Below, piece after piece: positions 52,114 to 64,000 of a stretch of 64,000 nt of DNA. This DNA is from Chlorokybus atmophyticus (lineage: Eukaryota > Plantae > Mesostigma and Chlorokybus algae), in the NCBI GenBank assembly GCA_009103225.1, contig RHPI01000026.1:147578-211577 (forward strand), written 5' to 3'. The notes under the pieces are model-generated. The model made no database searches and was not told where the DNA came from. It was given only the letters and a program-made list of their open reading frames with translations. The position numbers and the translations under genes were made by a program. Numbering within the stretch: the stretch's first letter is position 1; each line of letters opens with the position of its first letter.

Positions 52114-55090
52114 TTAATCTGCATCAAATGCGCCTAGCTCTTTCATATTTTCAAGAAAATCCTGATACTTGGTGTCGAGCTCGCCGGCACCACCAGCAAC
52201 GGCACCAGCTGGTTTAGCCAGAGCAGCAGCTCGTGGCATTAAAGGCGCAACTCGCAGCTTTGGCTTCAATGGCTTAACCACCGCATCCGCATCCCGTCGC
52301 ACCCGAACAGAAGCCGGCACCTGACAATCAGCAACACTGTTTGTGTAATGCACGTAACACACGTACAAATCCACACACACGCACAGACGCACACGCAAAA
52401 GAGTAATGTACGTACGACATGATTGTCCCTCTATGTCAAAGGAAAAACCCACCATGGCTGTGAGTGTGGGGTCCTTCTGTGCGCGAGGCAGCTTCACCAC
52501 AGTTGGGGCTGCTTGTTTTACGTAGGACGCCTTGTCCCGAGCAGGAGCAGCATGTGCTGAGGCGGCTGCTGGAGGAGGTGGGCCGGGTGGAGGCCCAGGT
52601 GGAGGAGGCATCAACGGGGGTGGTCCAGGCGGGGCACCATTGGGTTGGCTTTGATAAGCTCCTGGTCGAGAGGGCGGACCGGGAGGATACATCCCAGGCG
52701 GCGGACCAGGCGGCGGTCCCATTGGGCGTTGTAATGATGGCGGGGGCCCTGATGGTGGACCGGGCAGCGGGCCAGCAGAGGATGCGCCAGCGGGGGCTCC
52801 AGGTGGGGGGCCAGGTAGGCCAGGTGGACCTGGAGGGCCAGGCGGGCCTGGTGGGCCAGGCGGGCCTGCGAGTGAGCGCGGGGGAGGAGGTGGAGGAAGA
52901 TGATGACCTGGTGGCGCGTACATGTGCTGTGGCGGCGGCAGATGTGGCTGGAAACAACATGGGAACAATTAGCAACACGACTGAGGCTCCCAGCGACGTT
53001 ATATCTGACACCGAGGACAGGCTTACTGGTAAGACAAATTGTCCCATGTGCAAGGCGCCAGGTGGTGGAAGGCCGGGTGGAGGAAGCAAACCAGGCCTTG
53101 GAGGTGGTCCAGGTGGTCCTGCTGGAGGACCTCTATTCATCACCTGCGATGCATGCAAAACACGGTCTCAGCGCAACTGGCATGCGTTACTACACATTAC
53201 ACAGCAACTCCACACTATGCGCCCAGCTTACCATGTTAGATGTGCCAGGTGGTGCCTCATCATCATGTTGTACATCTTCATCTTCATCTTCATCAGAAGA
53301 GTACTCGTCGGAGTCGTCTAGAGAAAGAAATCCCACAGTTGGATCTCCAGCACCATCATGGCAGCTGCTCACCATACACGCATGCACACAGCCAGTCACT
53401 CACCATCTGCGCCAGAGGGTCCGGGAGGCATCGGCGGCAGAGGTGGCGGCGGAGGGACGGGAAGCTCATGCCCGGGAGAGCCGGGCATAGGTGGTGGTGG
53501 AGGCGGCGGGGGCACAGGCAGCCCGGAGGGACCTTCTTCATCAGACTCTTCACCTTCGTCACTTGATGACTCCTTGGAACCGAAGATGGAGGCAGTCACT
53601 GTACAATGAGACGGATAGTTAGCAAACCGGGTGCCTTGTGACATCATGTGAAGGCAGGTGACAGGTACAACGTATGGATGCCCTGTGCTGTCCTGCACTT
53701 GCATCAAGCCATGTATGCCACCTGCAAAGAGGCAATGCAACTTACATTGCGAGCGGTATATCTGCGGTTTGCCAGGTGGAGGTCTGCCTTCTGGATTGGT
53801 CAGTGGATGGTAGTAAACCGAGTCTTCAGGCTTGGGAGGAGTGGCAGTTGTAGCTCCTGGTCGCTTGGGCAAAGGAGCTGTGAGATGGCTGCGAGTACCA
53901 CATTGCAATGCACAATAGATCAGCTATGCCCTCTGCCCTCTGTAAGAATTGCATGTGAAACAACGAGCAGAGAGAAAAAGCCAAAGGTGAGGGCACACCT
54001 GAACATTGGCGCATTGTCCCCACCCTCTTTGGCAAGTTCCTGCACACAGGAACACCTGATGTCAGTGTCATTAACAAGCTGTGCAAAGCGCATGACAATG
54101 ACACACGTACCCTTCGCTTTTTGAGTACAAGGTTAAGTTTGTCTTCCAACTGGCGCTTCTTGTGCTTGCGGGCCTTGTCGAGTGCCCCGTCCGCCTCTGT
54201 TGCAAGAACCCATGCGTGTGAACACTTGCGCTGATGCACAACGAATGCAAGCAATCGACGCTGCCCACATACCAATCTTTCCAAGCTTATTGATCTCCTC
54301 CCTGAGCTGGTCGGGATCCTTGCGCAGAATGACTGTCTCCCTCACCTTCTTTCGTTCCTTTTTGTTCTATAAGGCATATGCCAAAACACCAGTTCAGTGG
54401 CTGAAACCGGGAGTGAGAGTAGGTGGTGTACTTGTGAGCAATGCAGCAATGCAACCCTTTCACGCTGCATAATCTGTGCATATATACACCTACCAGTATC
54501 AACAACCAGCAAACACGGCACACAGCAGGTCACAATCCATTACACATATATGATCGGTAGAGGAGTGCTGTGTTGCACTGCCCCGCATGTCTGATCACCA
54601 CACAAACACAGCATGAGCTTATGTAAATGCACAGCTGACATCTATGGTTTTCCACGTCGATTGAAACACATACACAACCTCCGCATGTAACGACACGGAC
54701 AGAAGCCTGCAAAACGCAGGGCTCTAGAAAGCCAAGACACGCGCTCGACTGCAGCAACAAACTGGCACACAGGCAAATGTACAACAAGTTTGAAAATGTA
54801 CAAGACCAGAGTCATGCACACACCAAGTTACAGAAGCGATGACCTGGAATTGTACATGTAGAAAAGAGAAGGTGTATCGATCGATGTGCATGCGCACTGT
54901 GCTGTCTGCAGTCGACACGGACAACCACTGCTGACATAGCGGAAATTCAAACCAACTCATTCACCAGAAACCCCCCAAGAGAAACATACGGTACACAGTA
55001 GCAGGCACTTACCCTCTTGACCTCCTTCTTGCGCTGCTCCTTCCGGTGGGCATCCGTAGGGTTCATCAGCTTTCCGCCCTTGGTCTTCAT
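52114..55090 (-). CDS. WBP11: WW-domain-binding protein 11 (splicing factor) (multi-exon)
   Basis: [49 protein letters not shown], poly-Pro tracts, [12 protein letters not shown]-terminal [14 protein letters not shown]. Confidence 0.92.
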
Positions 55091-55350
55091 TGCGAATTGC
55101 ACACAAAGGACTGCGACAAATTTAATAAACCCCAAATCTATATATTACTCAATTTATCCACCAGGCCAGCGACATCAACCACCCCACCGCCGCCACCGCC
55201 GCCGCTGCCGCCTGTGCCAACCACAACAACGTGCCTCTCAAAGCCCTAGTTACGTAACTGTTCCGTTGCGTCACCGACACAATTAGGCGAGCGTAATCGG
55301 AGCTGAAGCGTATTTTCAGGTGTGAAGCGTCATCTCCCAAACGAGACATC

Positions 55351-55361
55351 TGCCACGTGGC
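55351..55361. promoter_or_regulatory. G-box (TGCCACGTGGC) in the WBP11/TTC39 bidirectional promoter
   Basis: Lies between divergent starts at 55090 (-) and 55368 (+). Confidence 0.4.
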
Positions 55362-55367
55362 GCGAAG

Positions 55368-58300
55368 ATGGCGGCGGCGGAGGTGGGGAGGGTAGTGGAG
55401 GTGGACGGTATTGTTGGGAAGGAAGAGCAGATTCTGCATGGTGTTCACCTGCTGTACGGAGACAAGGTGGCTGAAGCGGAGGTGTACTTTGAAGCCAGAC
55501 AAGGGTGAGCTGCTCACATGCTTGCTGCTCTGCGTGCAACAGCATGCAGCTGCGATCGAGTCACGAGTTTAGTTCTTCCGTGGTAGATTGTACATTTAAA
55601 GGTTTGAAGACTTGCAAATGTACACGCTCACGCTGTTTGTGACTAGTACCAGTTCAATTGCACAGTGCATATCAAGCTGTCAAGTCTTTGCCTGTCAGCT
55701 GATATCACACAAAAGATCTCTTTGTCACAGTGTCAGTATCGTTTGTTTCCCAACTGCCATCTGTTAGACCAAGTCAGAATCGTACATGTTGGCGCACAGT
55801 GGGGTGTTATGCATAAGTTGCAGCTGCTCTAGCGCTCGTCAAGACGAGCACCCGCACTCCTTCCCCCTGTGGTTCCGTTCCTCTCTAGGCAGGGTTGAAG
55901 TTGCTTGTACGAACAAAAGGAGACAGTTACGGGTGGAACGACAGCATTCAGGTCAGCACTACGTTTGGTTGAGACAATGTGGACTCGTTGTCATGCAGGT
56001 TGGGAACTCCGTTTGCTCTGCACTATGCGGAGGTGGCGACATACAAGGCGTTGCTGTCGTGCGTAGACGACGATGTCGACAAAGCCATTGGGCTCCTGCG
56101 CGCGGCTGACGAGCGAGCTGCTTCTCAGGTATAGAGTATGCACTTGACTCTGAGGGACACACCTTAGAATATGCTGACACTTCACGCTGAAAGGCCAGTG
56201 CGAGTTCTTCTTCTACAGCGAGCCGCATTGTCTCCTACTTCAGAACCAGTAAGGACAGCGCAGCGGATGCTGAGGAAGCTGCCCTCTCCAAATTGGAGGC
56301 GCACTGCATACAGGCTGAGACCCATCTCATGGTTGGTCTGCTGATGCTTATCAAGGCCAGTGAGTCATGGACAAGCATCCCAAAGGTGCGTTGCGCGCTC
56401 GAGTTCACAAGCATACATACATACATGCACACATACACACGTACACATACACGCATACATGCGTACCGACAGACACACAGGCATACGCGCACGCGCACAC
56501 GCGCACGTTTCGTGTTCAAACATTGTGTGCACTGCTAGGCCAGTTACAGCCTGCGGAAGGCATGGCTTTCGTACCAGAAGTGTTTGCAGTCGCTTGAACA
56601 GTTGCGCACACCGTCCAGGAGCAGAGAGATGGTTGCTGGAGCTGTGCACTTTGGAGTAAGCTGGCTTGCTTTGTATACTGCAGGTTGTATGCAAGTGGCA
56701 CTCGCAATGTATTGGTGGTCTTGATGAGGCCGCTCGTAGCGGTTGCAGGCTTGACTGACAGCATTGCACACGCGCGTGTGTGCCTCTTGTGCATATGGGA
56801 GTTTTGTTAGCAGTTCATTCTTACGGACAGTAATGTTCTTTTACAGGTTGGCCTGTTCAACATGTTGGTGTCCCTCATACCTCCCGGGCTGATTACATTT
56901 GCGGAGTTTCTCGGTTTCTCGGCGGATCGTGACAAGGGCCTCTCTCTGCTTCAGAAGTCTGCCAGCAGCAACTCGTCGCGCGCATTTGTGGCCGCCTTTA
57001 TGCTAATGCAATGTTAGTGGAAGTTCAGCGCGTGCAAGGCTGCAAGTTGCCCATTGCGATGAAAGGCATTACCTTATTTGCCTCTTGCCTTGCAGACCAC
57101 ACAGTCCTATCATCCTTTCTGCCGTTTGATCGCGCGCACTGCGCAGAGACAGAGCGGTTGCTGGCCTCCGTGCCAGCTGTCATGCAGCAGTCCTCCGTAG
57201 TTAAAGTAAGTTCTAGCTGTTGTTGAGGCAGACAGAGCAGTGGCCATCTCAAGTCCACAGCTCACGGCCGCCTTCATGGCTAGCTTGGTCACAGAGTTAG
57301 TGCCATGCACATGCATACACAGATCTGGGGTTGCTGGCTTCCTCGGACTTGTGCATTTGCAGGTTATGGCGGTGCGGTTGGCTAGGTACAAGAGTCAACC
57401 AGACCAAGCACTTGCGCTAGCCAGGTACAGAACCTCATATGGTGGTGAATCAGATGCACAGTCAAAAGTCGCTAGCGTTGATGGGGGATGTGCATGTCTG
57501 CAGGGTGGAGTCACCAGCTGAGCTGGTGGTGCCGCAGCTGAAGCACGTGCGCATATACGAGCTGGCATGGTGTGCTTTGGCGAAGAAACGGTATGATGAA
57601 GCCGCACAGGCATGTGATGTACTCATCAAGGAAAGCTCGTGGTCAAAAGCCTTCTCCGCATATTTCAAGGTGAGCTTCTCATGAATAATAGATAAAATTA
57701 ACATGTTAGGATGCGCTGTAAGTATGGTCAGGCAGAGTATTGTTTGCTGGCTTGTCATGTCCTCTGGTTCTTCCAGGCGTGCTGTTTGTGGCAACTGGAC
57801 AGCATTGGTGAAGCCAGGCGTGTTGCTGCCACGGTCAGTGGCCTGGTGAAAAGGGCAAAGGCTCCCATTGAGCACATTGCTGACAAGAGAGCCAAAGCCA
57901 TGCTGAACTCCGTGCCTCTCTTCCCTGCACTGGAGGTAGACTTGGTTGGTTGCGGTCACATATTCACTCTTGACATAACATCATTGGTACTCAGGCTTTA
58001 CTTGTCGCAGCTTGCTTCTTTTTGGAACGTGTTTCAGCAGATGTCCCGCACCACGCTGCAAGAGCATGTTACAGACATCGGGGCCGCTCTCACTTCAAAG
58101 GGGGCTTCGATTCCGGGCCGCAAGGAGGAGTGGAGCGTCAACGATGAGATGTACTGTCGCTACCTGCGTGGCGTGTGCTTCCGCTGTTTGGATCAACCGC
58201 AAGAAGCGCTGCTAGATTTGCGCGCTGTTGTGGAGCACAAAGGGTCTGCCCTGGAGAAGTACCTTGTGCCCTGGGCCACATACGAGTACGGGTCTCTGCT

Positions 58301-58436
58301 CATGCAGGACCCGGCCACGGCCGAAGCAGGCAGGCAATTGCTGAAACAGGCAACCGCATACAAGCCGCACGACTTTCAGAGCAGACTGAAGTTCATTGTG
58401 CAGGAGAGGTTGCGTGGTTACAAAAAAAGTCTTTAG
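55368..58436 (+). CDS. TTC39: TTC39/Iml2-like tetratricopeptide-repeat protein (multi-exon)
   Basis: FGVGLFNMLVSLIPPG...FLGFSADRDKGL, IYELAWC, SSWSKAFSAYFK, YLVPWATYEYG, HDFQSRLKF. Confidence 0.85.
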
Positions 58437-59416
58437 GTGTACCTTAATCCATTTGTCTAATCGTGCTCAGTTGGCGTGTTGAAGGAGTGAGCGCGCATCA
58501 CCATATGCCGTTGTGCTGCGCAGTGCTATATTCTCCAAGGCGCATGCATTGCTGTGGCCTCCAAGCTGCTGGCCACTGTGTTTGCCAGCTGCAATTGTGC
58601 AGGGCAATTGAAGTTGCATGATTGCTTATGTCATGCACATGAAGCTGCTCTGTGATGGACACCTGTAAGGGACAGGTGTTGCGCGAGAGGTTGTTGTAAA
58701 TATCGTAGAGCCTTGCAAATCATGAAACCATACCACCACTGATCACCATTAACACCAACACCCATTGCTATTTCTGGCATTGTTGCTACTTAAGCAGGCA
58801 TCCTCACACTTTATTGATCGATTCATCCAACCCTATCAACGAGGGGAGAAACACGCGTAAGCAAACCGCATTGAGTCGGCAATGACGCATTCCACTACTA
58901 GAAACTATATGACTAACTTCATGCACTGTAATTTTATTAACGCTTTGGCGAAGCCGCTTATGAGCAATCCGCGCCAACTTTGTTTGTGGTTAGTTTCCGA
59001 TCAAAGCGTTTGTTTATTTGCAATTCAGCGCAACACCTCGGTTGCGCTGAATTGCAAATAAACAAATTGCAAGTTTGCACAGTCGATACTGCGCAATGCC
59101 TTGAAAGGAGCTGATTGGCAATTGACAGGGTCGATTGAATCCGGCAATAACCAAACGGCTGGCAGCATGCTGCAAAACACGAGCATGAGAAATATGACAG
59201 CTTGTTCCCTGTTCAAACGCGATTGTGTATGATCTACATATTGCAGTGCAATAGTGATCTGAAGCAATGAGCCATGATATCTACCTGCATGCTCATCAAG
59301 CACGCTACCGCCTGCCAACAATTGAGCTGCTTGCTTAGACACTGCCTCGCCGCTCAGAAAAAGTACCTGAGCAGTAGATTTGCAGCCATGGCGAGCGGTT
59401 GCCAATAACCCATGCC

Positions 59417-62400
59417 TTACGCTACAGCATAAGCAGGGGTTGGGCGCTGCGTTGACGCATACTTCCTTGTTATATACCTGGACCAAGCACCAAGCCATGC
59501 CAACATCAGCATCATAGCATGGAATCACAGAAAGGACACAACTAGGACACAACTATGCATGACAAAAGACCCTACCGGAAGAAATCGCGCCACAGCAGCT
59601 CAAACACAAGCCAGTTCAGCCCTCCTCTGTTGCTGTCTTCAGCAGAGGATGCGACTGCGCCGCCGGCTGCCTTCAGGTCTTCGTACATCCTTCGGGGAGA
59701 GAGGCAGCCCATGGCCAGCCATGGCGATATCTTGCACGAGAAGTTAGCGCCATACTGCTTGTCAGCGGCCAAGCTGTCCTTGGCGCCACGCATGGCACTG
59801 ACAGCATCAGCCACAAAAGTGCGAAGGCGTTCTAGAGCCTCTTTCTCCCCTCCAATCAGCGAAGGGGCTCCTGCGGTGTCCTGGTACAGCATGCTGCCAA
59901 GCGTGAGTTTGCGTTGCTGCATACGATAAGGCGCAGTCATCGCTGATGGTTAAAGCACCAAATTCAGTCACGCATCCCGTCATGTGGACAAGACTCACAA
60001 GCGGGAACTGTTACTTTATCATCACTGTTTCTTGTTGGTGTGTGCATGCCTACATGACACTTCGCCACCAGCAAAGTACCTGACCAACGGATGTTGAAGA
60101 CAGGCCAAGCTGGTCCAATGTAGGAATGTCTCCCAACTCAAGAGATCCTTGGGCAGGAAGCCGTTTCAACTCGGCGACTGGAACTGTCTTCCTGATGGCA
60201 ACGTTTTGCACCTGCTCGCGGAAGGCGCCATAGTTCGATGGCATGTCATTCAGCTTGAACGGTAGATCATCCAAATGGTAGAGCGTGCTGCCCCAAGAAG
60301 CCTTGAACTCCACGCCAATCTTCTTGAGGACGGCTTGCACCTGATGTTGATTGGCAGTTACAAGCGTGCAGAGGTAGACCATGCCAATGACTGCCAAACC
60401 GCGGGGTGAACTTGCAACAATTACCTGTTCCTCTGCTTGCACATCCTCACGTGTGACTTCCTGGTGAGTGTACACAGCCTCAGCTCCAACCTGGCAAGGA
60501 AACAATTCAAACAAAAAGAACTCCAAGCGAATTGGAATTGAAATTTGCATAAACTGTCAGGGACGCTGCCCACGATGAACAATGCTGCCATGAACCATCA
60601 CATAAACAATATTTGCTCGTGTAAGTGACATTACAAGAGACAAAGAAGCCAATGGCCCCTCACAACTACAATACTGACGCTGCAATGTGTACTGTAGCGT
60701 AAAGTTGTGTGCACATGATAGCAAACTACAACGTGTGACTTTGCAAATTTGACCCGCATCTGACCTGGCGCCTTGATGCACCACAGCCATGATGCGCGAC
60801 TAACTGTTGCTGAAAATGACTTACTTGCTTGGCAATGTCTGCCAACACCTCTTCAGGCTTGCCAATACGCACGACAAGGTCGGTTCCATGCTGCTGCAGG
60901 CTTGCGCGCAAGTCTGAGACACACTCGCGCAAAAACTTGGCTCGATACGGGCCGGTCTTGTCAAAACCGGAGGCAGACTTGCCATAGTCCCGTGGGTCGA
61001 ATATATACAAAGGTACTACAGAAGAGGCCTCCTCATTCGCATGCAGAAAGGCCTCATTGTCATGGACGCGCAGGTCGTTGCGGAACCACGAGATGACAGC
61101 ACCACGCATGCCTCCAGCACCGGGAGGACGCCTGCTCTTGCGGCCACTGCACAGAGCAATAGCACCAGCATGCTTGCTTAGAATGCGTGCGGCTTGACAT
61201 GGGCAGGCTAGTAACTAGGTGTTTGGGTGGTTGATGCAGCTAAGGTGTGATAGCATACGAAACAATACTTTGGCTTTTGCTGATGACTCACGCAGGAGTG
61301 TGTTTAGGGTTACGACTCATAGCATGTCACTTACCTGTCCTTGTCAAGAGATAGGTCGTTGAACAGAGAGATGTTGGCTTGCTTCAACTCGAAGCTTGGT
61401 TTGTCCATTGTCAGCGCTGACACGGTGGCAAACTTCACAGATAACGACGACATGTTGGCCACTGCTGAGTTACCAGCAGACTTGCTCGGCATGCTGGGTG
61501 CTTGCTTCTTTACAATCTGCTGCGCAATGGATGCCTTCAACTTGCTCGCTGGTGCACGGATAGCGCTTGGCGCACCCAAAGACCGTGATGCCAGCGACAT
61601 GGACGCAAATGGCAGCGCAGACGCAATGGCACAGAACTGCGGCTGAACTGCCAAGGCGGAAACCTCTTGTGCGCACGAAGTTGGAGCACTAACAACGGGT
61701 GCCAACTGAATGTTAGCAGTGTGCTTGGGAGCGGCAACTTGTGCAGCACAAAGCTGAGCGCTCTGCATGCTGCGCATGTTTGCGTCCATGACCATGTTAA
61801 ACTGGGAGAAAGCGGCAGAAGCTGGGCGCTGAGCTCGCAGATCAACGCGTTTCGTGACCATGAATCTGGTGTTGTCCGCACCCTGCGCAGTGAGGGCTTC
61901 ATGGAGCTGAGCGGCATCCTCCGCGACACTCAACATGGCTGGAGGCTGCTTCCGCAGACAAGTGGAGCAAGCTGAAAAGATGCGCAACTGCAACAACAAG
62001 CAAGTGAGTAGGACTGCGACTGTGTTACACAACTCCAGCATTTAGAAAGGTTTACGAACTTAGTACTCAATACTTGTGTAGCAAGTACACATCGTGCACT
62101 TGCATACAACCGGTCACTCATGCATTTGCCTCACCTGGAGCGCAGACAGCTGCTCAGCAGCCTCCTCCTGTGTCATGCTATCAGCGTCAACAACGAGCAC
62201 TGCCTTCTGCCAGACCCGCTCTCCAAATGCACGGCTGATGCCGTTGATCACATTCTCGTTGCTATCAGCAAGGGAGCATGCAATGACGACCGCATCAACA
62301 GCTGTCTTTCGCCTGCACAGATCGTTGGCAACAGCAGCGACCTCCGCAGCAGTTGTGAGCTGGCCAGCCGCCAGAACAGTCGCGCCATCTTCCGCTGTGT

Positions 62401-62809
62401 GCAGCTGCAATTGCCCCTGGCTGACACTCTGCAACAAAAACAGATGACTTTGGCAGGTGTGTGAGTGTGTTTGCAATCAAAGCAGCGGCGGCCAGCATCC
62501 AATGCACATCATGTCAACAACATGCACAACATGTCAACAACAAACAGAGCACACTCTCATCTGAGCATGTGCTTCCGAAATGGTGTGCTCAATATCAAAA
62601 TCACAACCTCATCGACTTGCGTAAACACCGTGCAGGCAAAGGCCAGAGTGCTGCATAGATGAAGCGCAAGCTGACTCCATCAACTACTCCGCTGTGTGAC
62701 GCACCTGCGCAGGCTGCTTGCCGAGGAGAGCGCGCACGGCGCCGGTTGTGTCCGCGCACCCAGCGCCGAGCACGAGGGCGCTGCTGAGCTGGGCCTCCCG
62801 CAGCGCCAT
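59417..62809 (-). CDS. PHR2: Plant-type PHR2 photolyase/cryptochrome-family protein with a ~365-aa N-terminal extension
   Basis: WFRNDLRVHDNEA, GFDKTGPYRAKFL, WGSTLYHLDDLPF, GGEKEALERL, YGANFSCKISPWLAMGCLSPR. Terminates soon after WLVFELLWRDFFR|YITRKY, lacking the rest of the FAD domain as in plant PHR2. Upstream exons 62705-62809, 62135-62428 and 61335-61987 splice in frame. Confidence 0.88.
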
Positions 62810-63069
62810 GACGAGCGACACCGACGCCAATGCCAACGACAGCACCGCCGCAGCACACCAGCACAGCCAACAGCAGGAAACCATGCGGATGCTTTTCTGT
62901 GACGCAAACAGCGTTGATTACAGCTGCATACTTCTGAACACGTTCAATTACAGCTCAAGACACACCAGATAACGATGATATCTTCCTGCACTCTCTTTTT
63001 TGTAAGGATATCTGCTTTCTAGATACATACTAGCCGTCTTGTTTCACACGGGGTGCCGGCGTGGACAGC

Positions 63070-63588
63070 ATGGCGGAGGTGGGAGGCGGCGGCGGTGCCG
63101 GCGATGGTGATGGGGAAGCTGGGAAGGCGCAGAGGGAACCCGGTTCCACGGTTAGGAAGCTGGTGCAGCACCTGGACGCGTTCCGGGGCGCCAGCGTGGA
63201 GGAGCACAAGTCCTGATTGAAAAACACCCTGAGCAAGGTGCATGCCCTTCGCGGAGTTGCGCACAACCTGTTGCTTCACACACGCCATGCATGAAAACTT
63301 ACAGCTACGCGGCAAGTACACAAACATTAATTATCGCAAGCATGCCCAGAGATCAGCATGTGTACGTTTGGGTGCACCTTTGTTTTGTTGATTGCCTATC
63401 AATACATCATTCCATGTTATCTTGGTTGCTGTATTGGTACTCATGTTCTGCACTAAACCTTTGGGCGTTTGTTGTGATTGGTACAGCTGTTCAACCTTGG
63501 CAAGGCAAAGCCAGTAAAGAAGAAGGGGGACGTTGTGCCGCACGTCCACAGTGTGCTCAGGATCAGGGCGCAGCGCGGTTTGCAACAA
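63070..63588 (+). CDS. Small spliced protein with an in-frame TGA, candidate selenoprotein (3' end unresolved)
   Basis: Exon 63070-63237 reads MAEVG...LDAFRGASVEEHKS(TGA 63214-63216)LKNTLSK with a GTGCAT donor. Exon 63487-63588 continues in frame (LFNLGKAKPVKKKGDVVPHVHSVL...) to a GTAAGC donor. Confidence 0.6.
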
Positions 63589-63840
63589 GTAAGCAGACAA
63601 GCAACTTTACATTTTGACATCAACATGTAGCTTGTCGTCTTATTCTTTCTTCTGTAGTCTCGCATCTTGTCTATCGTCCCTCTCTGCTGTCGTGTCACAA
63701 CATGCATGACAACTGCTGCCAAAGGACAGGCTCTGTCAGTACACACCATACACCTGTGCTGCCCAACATGTACGGCAGGTTGTTACTCACACTGCTGCTG
63801 TTGTACTCAGGCTAAGCATTCATGACATCTGCTTCCTATT

Positions 63841-63917
63841 CGCGGTTAGAATTCGTGACGGACATTCGCCACAACCACTGATTGTGGAGGCCATGACCTG
63901 ATACTCGGCTATCTGTG
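63841..63917 (+). promoter_or_regulatory. SECIS-like stem-loop (form 2, GUGA core)
   Basis: Core TGAC 63856-63859 against TGAT 63899-63902. Imperfect 11-nt helix II, unpaired ACAA 63871-63874, mini-stem CCAC/GTGG, and helix I 63841-63849 with 63909-63917. Confidence 0.5.
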
Positions 63918-64000
63918 GATAGGAACCGCTCGCTAGATTGGACTCTCACTTAATGTATTGACAGACTTCTCACGGCGTTGTTGAGACTGAGTCTTGTTCT

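Noticed and set aside
63706-63745. Alternative SECIS candidate ATGAC-AACTGCTGCC-AAA-GGACAG...CTGTC
   Set aside because: No complementary 3' helix II strand and no matching 3' GA.

Overview
Intron-rich eukaryotic genomic DNA, most likely from a green alga. This is inferred from plant/algal-type NOL, PHR2, DUF1350 and MIPS genes, transit-peptide-like N-termini and GT-AG introns full of CA/GCAT repeats. The first ~12 kb is an accessory block. It holds a complete but inactivated Ty3/gypsy chromovirus (2899-9869; LTRs, PBS, PPT and 5-bp TSD all visible) inserted into a run of decayed intronless ORFs that ends at a dead IS630/Tc1-type transposase. The rest is host genes: SMP/LEA copies, NOL, an IMPACT/YigZ protein, a 2OG-Fe(II) oxygenase, DUF1350, a threonine dehydratase-like enzyme, MIPS, a disrupted Pro-rich/EGF/PAN secreted protein, WBP11, TTC39 and PHR2. 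Top leads: (1) a small spliced gene at 63070 with an in-frame TGA and a downstream SECIS-like stem-loop, a candidate unrecognised selenoprotein; (2) PHR2 spliced in frame to a degenerate Toc34/AIG1-like pseudo-GTPase domain; (3) an adenine-methyltransferase-like domain between gag and protease in the chromovirus; (4) long perfect or near-perfect hairpins downstream of several genes. All alignments, foldings and family assignments were done by eye from recalled motifs; no searches were run.
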